From positions 32,426,001 to 32,490,000 of the forward strand of contig NC_135820.1 in the NCBI RefSeq assembly GCF_964213995.1: 64,000 nucleotides of DNA, read 5' to 3'. The notes below the pieces were generated by a model that worked only from the letters and a program-made list of their open reading frames with translations, ran no database searches and was not told where the DNA came from. This DNA is from Mustelus asterias. Lineage: Eukaryota. Made by a program: the position numbers and the translations under genes. Below are positions 39,441 to 52,783 of this stretch, one piece after another (positions within the stretch are counted from its first letter, which is position 1; every line of letters begins with the position of its first letter).

Positions 39441-41051
39441 TGTTTCATATATTAGTCTTTTGGCCAAATCAATACAGGGAATATTTCCTCTGACCAAGAG
39501 TAACTCTGGTGAAACTCAGGTAGGTTAATTTAAGCTACTCTATTCACACTATATAAAGTGTATACATGATGGACTATGAGGTACGCACATTTCTCTCGAG
39601 TACAGGCTATTCCATCTGCTCTACAGAGTGTCTAGCACATAACTGGTAACGTCACCGTTGCAGCATGTTTTACATCATTAACTCATTACGAGAACTATTA
39701 ACCTAATTGTATTACACATTTTCCACAAGTATATTTATTATCCTTTCAAGGGACATGGGCCTTGCTGGCAAGGCCAGTATATTATTTTATTCCTTTAGAA
39801 GGCTGTGGTGGGCTGTCTTTTGGAACTGCTGCAATCCATGTGGCGTAGGTACACCCACAGTGCCTGTTAGAGAGGGAACCCTTAAAGTGATCTGTCTTTT
39901 CTTATTGGAAACGCATTGTGTCCCCTGCCGGGAAATCCTGCTGATTTGTGCTATTTTTTTGGCACCGCAACATAAGCAAGATAGCTGCTGTAGGGTTTTC
40001 TGCCCGTTTGGCCATTTTGGCAGGATTTTCAGTGGGCAGGGCTGCTGCCTTTGGGTCTAAGCAATGAGCTGACATGTCTGAGGCCTTGGTGTTTCAGTGG
40101 CTGAAAGGCCAATTTTGCTCCCTATATTAAGCCTGCCTAATGTTTTGAAATACTTAATCAAGTGTGAGGTCGGCTTTTGCTTGTAAAAAAACCTAACAGC
40201 TTTTGCCCTGGACTCTGACAACAATGCGGTCGCAAATAAATTTATCCTTGCAACAACTGGCTAATGTGTGCAGGTGAATAAGAAACTATTTGACGGATTC
40301 CCCTGGTCTTTGGGATGTCTGATTGAATCAAGCTCACTCGACGATGAGGTTTACTTTTGGACTGAAATATGCAGCAAATGCTTTTAGGATAGTTTTGAAC
40401 CCTGTGGAGGTCTCTTCTACCCGTTGTCTCAGGAGGACATCATCAGCAATAGGTCCTACAGCACAGAGAAATGAACTAATCTGGTGGTTCTACACTTTGG
40501 TATGCAAACCCGATGCTGCTTGAAACCTTAGGAAGTTTTTTTCTCACAACTTCCAATATTGGCCTCTCGGTGGATCTTCAAGATTTTCAAACAGCTACAG
40601 AAGGGGTGACAGTTTGACTGGTGCTAACATTGCTACTGATATTCAGCATGCCTCTCTCTTAGATAAGTTTTCAGATTCTTGCTGCTAACAGGTGTTCATC
40701 CACGTTCACGCAATGGGTGTTCTACTGATAGCACCAACCTATCATTAGATTTGTGTCACTACCGCTGCTATCATGTTTCGTATGTTAGTCTTCAGGACTA
40801 ATCTATACATGAAAGGTTTCCCTCTTACCATCAGTAACTCTGGTTTGACTCGGGTAGATAATTTCGAACTACTTTATTTATACCATATATATACTACGCA
40901 CATGTTGAGCTACTAGGGAAGCACATCTCTCATAAGAACGGACTATTCTATCTCCTTTAGAGTCTCTAGCACATGACAGCTTATATTACTGTTACATCAT
41001 GATACACATCACTAATTCATTACCATAACTATGGAGAGTCGTTATACTACA
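39441..41051 (-). mobile_element. Internally deleted Gypsy-type LTR element
   Basis: Diverged direct repeats at 39441-about 39716 and 40774-41051 (TG...CA). TSD GTTTC at 39436-39440 and 41052-41056. PBS-like TGATAGCAGCGGT on the minus strand at 40761-40773. Confidence 0.85.
40195..40480 (-). pseudogene. Mag-type gag relic
   Basis: Manual translation: AVGPIADDVL...AFAAYFSPKVNLIVE*A*FNQTSQRPGESVK*FLIHLHTLASCC...ICDRIVVRV. Confidence 0.75.
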
Positions 41052-41136
41052 GTTTCTGCCAGGGCCACTCAGCTCCTGACCTCATTATAGCCTTGATTCA
41101 AACATGGACGAGTGTGTTCAGACGTAAGGTAGAACT

Positions 41137-42681
41137 GGGCCTGATGGAATCTATCCAAGGCTGCTCAGGGAGACGAGAGATGAAATTGCTGGGCCTCTGA
41201 TGCAAATCTTTGTCTCGTCACTGGACGCAGGTGAGGTCCCAGAGGATTGGAGGATAGCTAATGTGGTCCCGTTATTTAAGAAGGGGAGGAAGGATAACCC
41301 TGGTAATTATAGGCCGGTGAGCTTGACGTCCGTGGTGGGGAAGTTGTTGGAGAAGATTCTTAGAGATAGGATGTATGTGCATTTAGAAAGGAATAAACTC
41401 ATTAACGATAGCCAGCATGGTTTTGTGAGAGGGAGGTCATGCCTCACTAACCTGGTGGAGTTTTTTGAAGAAGTGACCAGAATGGTTGACGAGGGAAGGG
41501 CCGTGGATGTCGTCTATATGGACTTTAAGTAAAGCGTTTGACAAAGTCCCTCATGGTAGGCTGGTGAAAAAGGTTGGATCTCATGGGATAAAAGGGGAGT
41601 TGGCTAGATGGGTGGAGAACTGGCTTGGTCACAGAAGTCAGATGGTGGTAGTGGAAGGGTCTTTTTCCGGCTGGAGGCCTGTGCCTAGTGGTGTTCCACA
41701 GGGCTCTGTATTGGGACCTCTGCTGTTTGTGATTTATATAAACGATCTGGAAGAAGGTGTAACTGGGGTGATCAGTAAGTTTGCGGGTAACACAAAATTG
41801 GCAGGACTTGCAGATAGTGAGGAGCATTGTCAGAAGCTACAGAAGGATATAGATAGGCTGGAAATTTGGGCAAAGAAATGGCAGATGGAGTTCAATCCTG
41901 ATAAATGCCAAGTGATGCATTTTGGTAGAAATAATGTAGGGAGGAGCTATACGATAAATGGCAGAACCATAAAGGGTGTAGATACGCAGAGGGACCTGGG
42001 TGTGCAAGTCCACAGATCCTTGAAGGTGACGTCACAGGTGGAGAAGGTGGTGAAGAAGGCATATGGCATGCTTGCCTTTATAGGACGGGGCATAGAGTAT
42101 AAAAGTTGGGGTCTGATGTTGCAGATGTATAGAACGTTGGTTCGGCCACATTTGGAATACTGCGTCCAGTGCTGGTCGCCACACTACCAGAAGGACGTGG
42201 AGGCTTTGGAGAGAGTACAGAGGAGGTTTACTAGGATGTTGCCTGGTATGGAGGGGCTTAGTTATGAGGAGAGATTGTGTAAACTGGGGTTGTTCTCCCT
42301 GGAAAGACGGAGGATGGGGGGAGACTTAATAGAGGTGTATAAAATTATGAAAGGCATTGATAGGGTGAACGGTGGGAAGCTTTTCCCCAGGTCGGTCGTG
42401 ACGTTCACGAGGAGTCATAGGTTCAAGGTGAAGGGGGGGAAGTTTAACACAGATATCAGAAGGACATATTTTACACAGAGGGTGGTGGGGGCCTGGAATG
42501 CGCTGCCAGGCAAGGTGGTGGAGGCGGACACACTGGGAACGTTTAAGACTTATCTAGATAGCCATATGAACGGAGTGGGAATGGAGGGATACAAAAGAAT
42601 GGTCTAGTTTGGACCGGGGAGCGGCACGGGCTTGGAGAGCCGAAGGGCCTGTTCCTGTGCTGTATTGTTCTTTGTTCTTTG
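41137..42681 (+). mobile_element. Young 5'-truncated CR1 LINE (RT domain)
   Basis: ORFs 41200-41532 and 41486-42607 join through one frameshift at DF(S)KAFD. GVPQGSVLGP is present, catalytic FADD is changed to FAGN, and the element ends in a (TTCTTTG)n tail. Confidence 0.95.
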
Positions 42682-44896
42682 ACTGCTCTGGACACTAAGC
42701 CAGCATTTGACTGAGCATGGCATCAAAGAGCACTAAACAAATTGAGGTTAATTAGAATCATAGAGAAAACTCTCTACTGACTGGAGATGTGCCTCCACAA
42801 AGAGAGTTTGTCGTGCTGTTGGAGGCCAATCAGGACATTGATCCGGGGGTTCCTCAGGGTAGTGTCCTAGGTCCAACCATCTTCAGCTGCTTCATCAATG
42901 ACCTCCCCTCTGTCATAAGATCAGAAGTACAGAATTTTGCTCATGACTATTACCATCACTGAAATGTCCCACAAACAACATTGTGGAGGTCAACATTGAC
43001 CAGAAATTTTACCTGTTGAACTACATAAATGCTGTGGGTTCAAGAGAGCTTAAAGGCCAGGAATTCCATAATGAGTGATCCACCTCCTGACTCTCCAAAG
43101 CATATTCACAATTCACAAGGCACAATTAATGAGCATGTTGGACTACTCTCCACTTTGCTGCACTGAATGAGTGCAGTTCCAACAACACTCAAGAAACTCA
43201 ACACCATCCAGAACAAAGCAGCCTGCAGGCACATGGGAACACAACCACCTGCAAGATCCCCTCCAAGCCACATACAATCTTGACTAGGAACTATATCACC
43301 ATTCCTTCACTGTGACTGGGTCAAAATTCTGGAACTCCATACCTAACAGCACTGTGGTTGTACCCACGCCGTAGGGACTGCAGTGGTTCAAGAAGGTGAC
43401 TCACTAGTATCTTCTCAAAGACAATTTGGGGTGAGCAATAAATACTAACTTGCTAGTGACGCCCATGAACAAGAAGAACATTTGGACAGAAGTAAATCAC
43501 CAAATCAAGAATCAATTCATTAAACCTACAACAATGCTCACAGCATCAGATTTAAAATGTTTGCATACTTGAAGACTTTCCTCCAGGGAATCTTCCATTG
43601 TACAGGACAATTTGCCAAGCATCTCTTTCTTACTACATGAGACGCACATTCAAAGCTGCATCAGAATAACTCAGAGTAAAAGCTGAATAAATCAATGTTG
43701 CATTTCAAATCTCTTTTTAGAAGAGGGGAGTTGGCAAGCTTGTGATTCCTTAACTAATTTGACATCAATTGCACAGATGAGAATGCAGCAGAAAATGGAA
43801 GTAGATTCAATAGTATCAGTCAAAAGATTGATGCTTAAAAACTTGAAAGGAAAACATTAACCAGGCTCTGGAGAAAGAACAAACAATGATTAATTAAATA
43901 GCTCTACTAAGGAGCCAGCATGGGTTCAATGGGCCAAATGGCCTCCTTCAGTGCTGTATTATTCTATGATTCCAATGAATTATCAGTCATAGAAAGAAAC
44001 CATTCTATCCCTCACACTGCGCTGACTGTGGTCTTTATTATAATTTCTTACAACTGCAAAGTCTCTCTTTTCCAAGTGCTGTGCAAAAACTACCACAAGT
44101 TTGTACATGTTTGAAATACAATACCACATAACACCTAATTATTGCATGTCCCATAAACCTTTATCAAGTCCTAATGATACATGCATGCAAGTTCATCCAC
44201 ACATCAATGCACACATTATCCTACTTCACTCATTCTATTTCATTCCAATTCTTAGGTGAGGGTGCACAAATACTTGTCTACTTAAGTAAGTACTACGTGG
44301 CAGAAGCAAATGCAATATCCAGAAATAATAATAGTTTAGTTACATTTAGCCAACTCCTCCTCAGATTCCGGCAACTACAAGACCCATCCAGGCCACAATG
44401 CAATGTATTGCTCAGAATAGTGGAAGCTGGTACAGATTCATGGTTAGAGATTGCATCAACCTTGGTCATGCTCAAGCTTTGACAGCTTACTTCCCCAAAG
44501 GAAAGCAAACATGAAGTAACAAACTGCACAAAAAATCTCTTCAAAGACTAAAACAGTGTAAAAGGCCATCAATAAATCTATCGAGCCACTCACCTATCAA
44601 ACTACCTATTCATTCCTACTCGCCCATCTGTGCCATATGATAAAACAAGCCACATATTTTCAGTTGGGTTATATGGGGAGTTGTTGTGGAAAACTATTCC
44701 ATTCCTAAATGCAAATAATAGGAATTATAAAGTTAAATAAATCAAGCAAGATTTTTCATAATTAAAAAAAAGGTCTGGATTTTGCTGTGGTGGAACTATC
44801 TATGTTTACCCTCATTACTTCATTGAAGCAGCAGCAAGTTCTGGAGTCAGCACATGTGCAGAGTAACACAGAAATCCAGAAGTTTCTTTCAGTAAA

Positions 44897-45233
44897 GGGT
44901 AGCACGGTGGCACAGTGTTAGCACTGCTGCCTCACAGCTCCAGAGACCTGGGTTCGATTCCTGGCTTGGATCACTGTCTGTGTGAAGTTTGCACATTCTC
45001 CCTGTGTCTGCGTGGCTTTCCTCTGAGTGCTCCGGTTTCCTCCCAAAGTCCAAAGATGTGCAGGTCAGGTTGATAGGCCATGCTAAATTGTCTCTTAGTG
45101 TCCGAGGATGTGTAGGTTAGAGGGATTAGTGGGATAAATATGTGGGGTTATGGGGAGAGGGGCCTGGGGTGGGAGTATTGTCAGTGCAGACTTGATGGGC
45201 CGAATGGCCTCCTGTAGGGTTTCTATGATTTCT
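44897..45233 (+). mobile_element. V-SINE, full length, CR1-type tail
   Basis: A/B boxes, V-domain and tail. Confidence 0.92.
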
Positions 45234-45702
45234 CTGATAAGTGAATGCTCCTCCATAGGGTGAGTCGAAGAGGTAGCTACAGAATGCAATCTCCATTAAA
45301 TCATGAACTGATGAAAACTTCCACTCTGGCATTGTTAGTCCTGTTTTAAACACTCTTAAAAAAGTTGAATGAGGTTTAACTGGGTTTTTAATAATGCGCC
45401 AACTTCATAATTATCGTGAAACACCTTCACTCATCTTGAAACACTAATGTTATATTTGTGGAATGTCAAGTTGCTCCATAATGATGAGAAAGCCCACGTA
45501 TTTTTAAAAATACAAAACAACTTAAAAGTTTGTTTATATTATTTTGTTTCAACATATTTTAATGCAGTCATAGTCATTTATTTTGTGATCCGGAAATTTG
45601 AATTAAATGTTAAGAGACTCAGTGCTTTTAGCTTTCTGGTTTGCTGTCTAAGAGAGTCCTTCAATACCCATTGTTTGTTTACTCTGTTTGATCAAAAGAA
45701 TC

Positions 45703-46606
45703 ATAAGAATGAGGAGCAGAAGTCAGCAATTTAGCCCCATGAGCCTGCTCTGCCATTTAATACAATCATGCTGATTTCATCTTGGCCTCAACTCCACTTT
45801 CCTGCCCATTAAACTCTAACTAATTAAAAATCTGTCCACTTCTTCCTTAAATTTACTCAAAGTCCTTGCATCCACCATGCTCTGGGGTAGTGAATTCCAC
45901 AGACTCATGACCCTTCGAGAGAAGTAATTTCTCCCCATCTCTGTTTTAAATCCACTACCCCTTATCATAAAACTATGACTTCTTGTTCTAGATTTCCCTA
46001 CAAGAGGAAATATCCTCTCCACATGCTTTGTTTAATCCCCTTTATCACCTTGTACATCTCAATTAGATCTCCTCTCATTCTTACAAACTCCAGAGAGTTT
46101 AGGTCTAAACTGACCAATCTCTCTTCGTGAGTCAAACCCCACATCTCTGGAATCAATCTAGTGAACCTCCTCTGAACCATCTCCAGTGCAACTACATTCC
46201 TTTTCAAGTAAGGGGACCAAAATTGTATACAATATTTTAAGTGCGGTTTTGCTAATGCTTTGTACTGTAGCAGCAACACTTCACTACTTTTATATTCTAT
46301 TTCTTTAGCAATAAATGCCAAGATTCCATTTGCCTTCCTTTATTAACTGCTGTACCTGCATACTAATTTTCTGTGATTCATGCACAAGGACACCTAGATC
46401 CCTCTGAACCAAAGCACCACAAAGTTTTTCTTCATTTAGATAATAATTTGCCTTTGCATTTTTTTCTGCCAAAATGGATAACCTCACACTTAGCCATGTT
46501 AAACTCCATCTGCCACATTTTACCCCATTCACTTAACCTATCCATATCCATTTGTAAATTTCTTATTTCATCTTTGCAACTTACTATCCCACCTATTTTA
46601 ATGTCA
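45703..46606 (-). mobile_element. Decayed CR1 3' portion
   Basis: ORFs 46432-46788, 46305-46532, 45998-46321 and 45816-46022 tile the CR1 ORF2 C-terminus with frameshifts. Confidence 0.9.
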
Positions 46607-46850
46607 TTTCTGCTACTAAATACCTGGAGATACCCTTGACTTGGCACCAGACTTAAACTGTGGTTGGAAGAGGAGAAGATGAAGGATCTGGGTGGGTAGC
46701 TTACTTTAAGGTCAGTGGACAGCAGTGAGTGCCCTTTCTTCCCAAATAACCACAAATTCCAGGCCATGACATTGCGTTGATGTTTCACTGATGCAGACAG
46801 GTCAGGCAGGGTTCAATTTCAGACTTGCAAATTTGAACCAATGCACCAAA

Positions 46851-47147
46851 GGCATGGTGGCACAGTGGTCAGCACTATTGCCTCACAGGGCCAAACACCC
46901 AGATTCAATTCTGGCCTTGGGTGACTGTGTGGATTTTGTACGTTCTCCCCATGTCTGCATGGGTTTCCTCTGTGTGCTCCGGTTTCATCCCACAGTCCAA
47001 AGAGGTGTAGGTTAGGTCGATTAGCCACGGTAAATGCATGGAGTTATGGGGAGAGGATGGGGCGGGCCTGGATTAGGTGTCTTTTGGCGTGTTGATGCAG
47101 ATTTGATGGGCCAAATGGCCTCTTTCTGCACCATAGAGATTCTATGG
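46851..47147 (+). mobile_element. V-SINE, CR1-type tail
   Basis: A/B boxes, V-domain and tail. Confidence 0.88.
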
Positions 47148-48148
47148 AATTACTCAATTTCTGTTGGGATTGTTTGGGATCTAGGAGATAATTAAGCCGA
47201 TGTTTCTGTTGCTAGTTGTGATCATGTGAGCCTTACTGAGCACTGAGTGGCTAGTGCTTGGTTAAGTACTCTCAGGCACTCACTCTTACCAATGAAGCCA
47301 ATGGTTCAGGAATGGAAAGGTGAAAGGAGAGATACAAAGAAAACTTTCAAGGAAAAAGTAAAAACAGAAAATGTTGGAAATGATCAGCAGCATCTGGGGA
47401 GAGAGAACCGAATTAATTGGTTAAATTTTCAGGCGAGTGTCAGGACCCCAGTGTCAGGACAATGTTAGGAGCCACAACCTATGTTTCTCATCAGAGAACC
47501 CACCAGCGCAACCTTCTTGGAGGTGACCTCCTAATTGGCTACAACCGCATTCATCATCCTACTCAAGTGGAAGTATGTTCCCACAGCAGGAGTCTGAGAG
47601 GTCCCACAACATGCAATGTCCAACAGCCCCACTGGAGGAGGCAAATGCTGCTGAGGCAGAAAGACAATCGCAAGGATGTCTCAACATGGAGGAACTGCCA
47701 TGTGTCTTCTGCGGGTATAAGAATGACAAGGTCCACAGCTGGTAGGGCTAGCGGTGTGGAAGGAGCATGCCCCTCTACAGAATTGACTTCCACTGCCCTG
47801 AAAACCCTGCAGCTCCCTCTTGGGGCATTGAGCCTCTGGCTTTAACAACATCCCCTGTCTGCATTCAGGAAGCTGCCTCAAACAAGCTGGCAGGTTCTGC
47901 ATTCAGCAGTGGGGGGTGTTAATCTGATGATGGGCAACTGCTGTCACTTACGGAAAGTGGCCTCTGAGTGCAAATTTAATCGGTCCCCTAACTCTGTGGA
48001 GCAGGCTTACAGCATTGTTCCCAGGGGGAATAAAAGAGAGGCAGGAACATACCTTGGAGACATTCCCATTGGTTTTCCTCCTATTTACCAGTCACCCAGT
48101 CTCTCAACACACCTTCACAGGGTGCTCCAGGTCTGGGGAACTGTTGTC

Positions 48149-48182
48149 CTGTTGGACTTTAACCTGGTGTTGTTAAACTTCT
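48149..48182 (+). mobile_element. 34-bp Penelope pLTR terminus (family 1)
   Basis: CTGTTGGACTTTAACCTGGTGTTGTTAAACTTCT flanked by AACTGTTGTC (48139-48148) and AACAGTTGTC (48183-48192). Confidence 0.65.
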
Positions 48183-49168
48183 AACAGTTGTCTGCACAGA
48201 TTTGGCCAGAACTGCTGAGAATTTCCAGCATTTTCTGATTTTATTTCAGATTTCTCCCATCCGCAGTGTTTTCAGTATTGAAAGATAAAAGAGTAGTTTG
48301 TCAAAGAACAACATCAAAATGGCTCTGGCAAGTTTGACGTCCAGCCAGTAATCTAATTTTCCTTTTGGAGATCCAAATGAGCAACAATTGCACAAGGAGG
48401 ATTATGTTAATATGGGGAGGTCAGTGGAAATCTCAAGTGACTACTGATTTGCTTTCTTGTTTTGAACACAGCGATAGTCTTAATCCTCAAACCATCTGTT
48501 GCTAGGCTGAGTTCCTGTTTGGCCTATGCACTAGTGATATTTTACAGTTCAGTATTAAAACACCTACAAAGTACTGGCATGAAGCTAAAATACTTAAATG
48601 AGGCTCTCACAGCAGGTAGCAAAAAACAGTCACAGTGGGGGACACAGCTACTCTCCATGAGTCATAACTCCTAATGTTTACCTACCAGAAAATTTCAGCT
48701 TTTATATTTAAATAACCAAATTGAATCATAGCATGTAATAGATTCAATAAATTCGCCAGCAAAGAATGAACGATCTAGCTGGTATAAATAATGTTGAACC
48801 TTATCACATTAAGTAAGGCCTCACTGGAGCCTGGGCCTAGTGACAGGGTTTCTAAAATAGATCCCGCATACACCTGAAACTGCAGGATTTGTGCAGAGTG
48901 AGGCAGATGGATGCATATGCTAAACAATTAATTGGGATAATGCATAAGCAAATGGGTTCTGCACTGGATTATGAAAGACTGAGGTGATAAAGATATTTAG
49001 CTATCGCCTTGTGCTTTTATCTGCTTTCACTAACATTTAAGCATGATTATGTTCAGCCTGCCAAGTTACAATTCCATCGTCCTTTTTTTAATGGAAGTTG
49101 TCCCTTAGATTTAACAATCCAAGTGGGATTGCCAGCTGTGACTATATGTATTCCTGGAGCTTTCTCCT

Positions 49169-49440
49169 TGTGATAACCCTCATGATCTGCATGGGGAATG
49201 ACTAATTGACCTCCCGGTTGGGCTCGTTGACTGTTAGCTCCCTGGGGATTGGTAATTAGCCAACCAGATGGAACTCATATTCAGAGCCCTGTATAAGGCA
49301 AGACCCTTGGAGGGTCCATTAGTCTTTTAGTCGCAGTTGGGATCTGTTGCGTTCACCACAGGCTAGTGGTTATTGTTTATTTTCATTTTGTGCAATAAAA
49401 GCACGGTTTCTTCACAGCCAACACCTGGAGTTATTATACA
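49169..49440 (+). mobile_element. Solo LTR
   Basis: TGTGATAAC...TTATTATACA inverted termini, TATAA near 49292 and AATAAA near 49394. TSD not clean. Confidence 0.65.
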
Positions 49441-51165
49441 CCTCATCACTTGTCCTCACTTGCCTTTAGTAGACCAACACATCCATCTTTGTGACGTATT
49501 TCCTTCTTAAGCCAATTGAAAAGCAGAAAGACTTGTGATCCAATTGGATGATCCTTGACTGCCAGCCAGACTGCCTTATTTTCCCCACCCCTTCTCAATA
49601 CTTTTATAGCTGATAAAGAGAAAAGTTCAAATAAAATGACAAAGGAAAACAATCTTTTTTAATAACCTGATGCTTTTTTTCCTCCAGCAGTGTCCTGGAG
49701 ATTGATCTTCAATTCCTGGGAGAGTCCTGGTGAGTTGGACAAACCTAAATCTCACTTCTACCCTCATTTTGTGAATGGTTGCTTTCAGCTGAATGCATAA
49801 CAATGGTTGATTCACATTCTGTTTGGAATTTAAGGGGAAATTTTGCAGTTGTTTGTATTGGTCGCTTGTGTGCAGGGGGTTGGTAAAGAATCTCAGGAGG
49901 AAGCCTCGTGATTAGAAAAACAAACTGGCCAGTGTCAGCGCAGAGTAAACAGCCATGAATCACTCAAGGACAGCATACCTGAAAGTAGCAAAATCCCTTT
50001 TATTGCCTGCAAAAGCCTGGTTCTGCAATCCCTCTGTTAGCCGAGAACATGAGACAAATATCCTGCAGGCATCAGATTAATTATCCAAATGAATTGGCCA
50101 CGCAAAATTTCTCCCTCCACCTCACTGCATCATTGAAATGTTAGGTAAGCAGGCCGAAACTTAGCCACAAAAAACTAAATCAGCCTTACAATCTGTAGGA
50201 GATAATGGGGAAGGAAAGAGTTAAAAATAATGGCATAGTGGGATTGTTTTCTTCAATCACCTTTCCAATATTTATTATCATTTGGCAAGCTCTTTCTGTG
50301 CGCATGGAAGGCATATTCTTCACCTTGAATTGTATTGTGATTACTTTGCAGATGTTCAAGTGACTCTATTGTATGGAGTTACTGTTTAGTCAGATGACAG
50401 GAAATATGTTATGATCCCGCTTGTCGGAATTTCCATGGGGAATTGTGTCACTTTGTCAGGATTACCATAGAAACACATTAGAATGAAAATTTAAGAGGAG
50501 ATTTTTTTTGACATTTTGACAGATTGCTGTGGAAACACCTTTTTGATTGCATGCAGTTTTGCTCTCGGCTGAATCCAGTAGGGAGTCAGTTTTGGACTAA
50601 ATCCTACAATGTCTGCCCTAAATGTCCAAAGCAACATCCATCCAGTTACACATCAAGCTACTCGACCACGCAAGATGCCAAAAATCACCATAAAACTCTC
50701 AGTCATATATCCAGATTGCATGCCCACGGATATTTATTCTGACACCTCGGCAATTTCAACCCAATTGCCTCTCTCTCTCTCTCACAACACTGTTTGTCTG
50801 GCTTTGTTTTATCAGTAACACAATGGTCCTTGCTTCTGAGTTCCTGCTTCTCTCAATTTCTCAATACCCTCAAGCTCCAAGTAAGCCATCCTAGACATGA
50901 TGCAGAAGTAAAATTGGATACTCCCTGAAAAGAGGCAGGGGGATCATGATTCAGGATTAACCCATGCCTGTTCCTTTTGATGCAGCTATATGCAAATGCT
51001 GCCTGCTCAATATTGTAGCATACAGCCTGATCCAAATGGCGGAGTGGCTACATGCCTCAGCAAGGGGCTCAGGCTCTTGACAGGCAAGCACAATCTAAAG
51101 GGAAGTTGCTTCTTGGTTGCAGCAGGTGCTAGAAAATGCAGGGGAGAGCGTCCAGGTGGATAATA

Positions 51166-51372
51166 GTGACACAGGGCAGAGTGTGTGCTGTAAGGTTACC
51201 CAATACTTCACCAGTAACCTGGGTGCAGGAATTGAACAGGAGGAGAGATGTCCTCCACCACAGACTTCTCCAGAAAGACACTGCAAAGGCAGTGGCAGTA
51301 GATAACATTGCAGTCAATGCCAATGGTGTGGCTCCAAGAACATGGGTGCTGTAACTCCCATAAGTGGTCAAG
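51166..51372 (+). pseudogene. Second Harbinger Myb/SANT-like exon relic
   Basis: ORF 51136-51354 contains QGRVCAVRL...VQELNRRRDVL...IAVNANGVAPRTW, followed by GTGGTCAAG/GTCAGT donor. Same layout as 26942-27183. Confidence 0.6.
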
Positions 51373-51451
51373 GTCAGTGAATTCATCTATAAACGTTAAA
51401 TCATTACTACAGAAAGATCAGCGTCTCACACACACAACTCCATTCACCCCA

Positions 51452-51810
51452 ACCTCTCCACTCACAGCCCAATTCACCTCACCCTCTCCATTCGGAGCCC
51501 AGTTCACCTCACCCTCTCCACTCGGAGCCCAGTTCACCTCACCCTCTCCACTCGGAGCCCAGTTCACCTCACCCTCTCCACTCGGAGTCCAATTCACCTC
51601 ACCCTCTCCACTCGGAGTCCAATTCACCTCACCCTCTCCACTCGGAGTCCAATTCACCTCACCCTCTCCACTCGGAGTCCAATTCACCTCACCCTCTCCA
51701 CTCGGAGCCAAGTTCACCTCACCCTCTCCACTCGGAGCCCAATTCACCTCAGCCTCTCTCAATTCCCCTCAACCTCTCCACTCACAGCTCAATTCACCTC
51801 ACCCTCTTCA
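51452..51810. repeat. Minisatellite with a 30-bp unit
   Basis: About 9 near-perfect copies of TTCACCTCACCCTCTCCACTCGGAG(C/T)CCA(A/G) plus degenerate flanking units. Confidence 0.95.
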
Positions 51811-52432
51811 CACACCTACCAATAATCTCTATTAAGCTTGAATCAAACCTCACATTAATAGTTTCACCTCACTCTGACACACTAAGTATGGTCTGCATCC
51901 TCACACCCACACATGACAGTTTTCACACACTCATAGCTGTTCAACCATGACAGGCACATCGCCCAAACAGATTGTACCACACTGACTGACAATGTTGGTC
52001 TTTCTTGTGGGAAAAGCTGATCACAACCAAAGGGAGTTGCACCTAGCTGCTGGCTGACAGGCACGGCTGCCAATCCATATTCAGATGGCATTGCCAGGAC
52101 TGCTGGAGCTGCCAGCCAATCGGATTGGTTGGCAGCTCCTGAAGGTGAAATGTGCTCCACAGTGAGAGATGGAAGTTCATTGCCAGACCATTTAGTCTGC
52201 ATGCTGCACGTGATGGCCATGGGGTGGGCAGGCTGGCGAGCGGCAAGCTGGCTTCACTACAACCTTGCTTCCGGGGAGTGGGGAGAGGGGAGGGGGGTGG
52301 AATACGGAGGAGGAAGCTGCCTTCCCTCCCGCCTGTCTGCGGTATGTAACCCACTGTCACTCAATCTCTTACTTACTTTGGACATTTTATTTTTGTCCAT
52401 TTTAAAGACATTTTTTATTACCCCATTCTTTT

Positions 52433-52783
52433 CTTTATTCATTTTATGGGACTTGAGTATCACTGGCTGGGCCTACATTTATTGCCTGTCCCTAACTGCC
52501 CCCCATTTCTGAGGGCATTTGGGAAACAACTACATTGCTATGGATCTAGAGTCACATGTAGGCCAGACCAGGTAAGGATGGCAGATTTCCTTCTCTCAAG
52601 GACATTAGTGAACCAGATGGGTTTTTGCAAAAATTGACAATGGTTTCATGGTCATCAGTAGATTTTTAATTCCAGATATTGTTATTGAATTCAAATTTCA
52701 CCATCTGCCATGGTGGGATTTGAACCTGGACCTTGTCCTGGGTCTCTGGATTATGAGTCCAGTGACTACGCCACTGCGTCCCC
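52433..52783 (-). mobile_element. Bipartite SINE made of the family B 5' end fused to the family B 3' tail
   Basis: tRNA-like head (B-box GGTTCAAATCCC at 52715-52726) and 5'UTR to GAAATGG, then directly GGCAGTTAGGGACAGGCAATAAATG. Confidence 0.75.

Larger units (their letters stand above)
37462..43475 (+). mobile_element. Near full-length decayed family B LINE, host to three later insertions
   Basis: 5'UTR, APE, then QFGF..GHSAPDLI split by the LTR element, TALD...AFD..WHQ after the CR1, GVPQGSVLGPTIFSCFINDLPS at about 42847, and the 3' tail at 43300-43475. Confidence 0.8.

Noticed and set aside
41486-42607. 373-aa ORF as an active RT gene
   Set aside because: 5'-truncated, frameshifted and with catalytic FADD changed to FAGN, so it is a dead CR1 copy.
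51308-51835. 175-aa ORF of FTSPSPLGAQ repeats
   Set aside because: It is the translation of a 30-bp minisatellite, also open on the opposite strand, with no gene structure.
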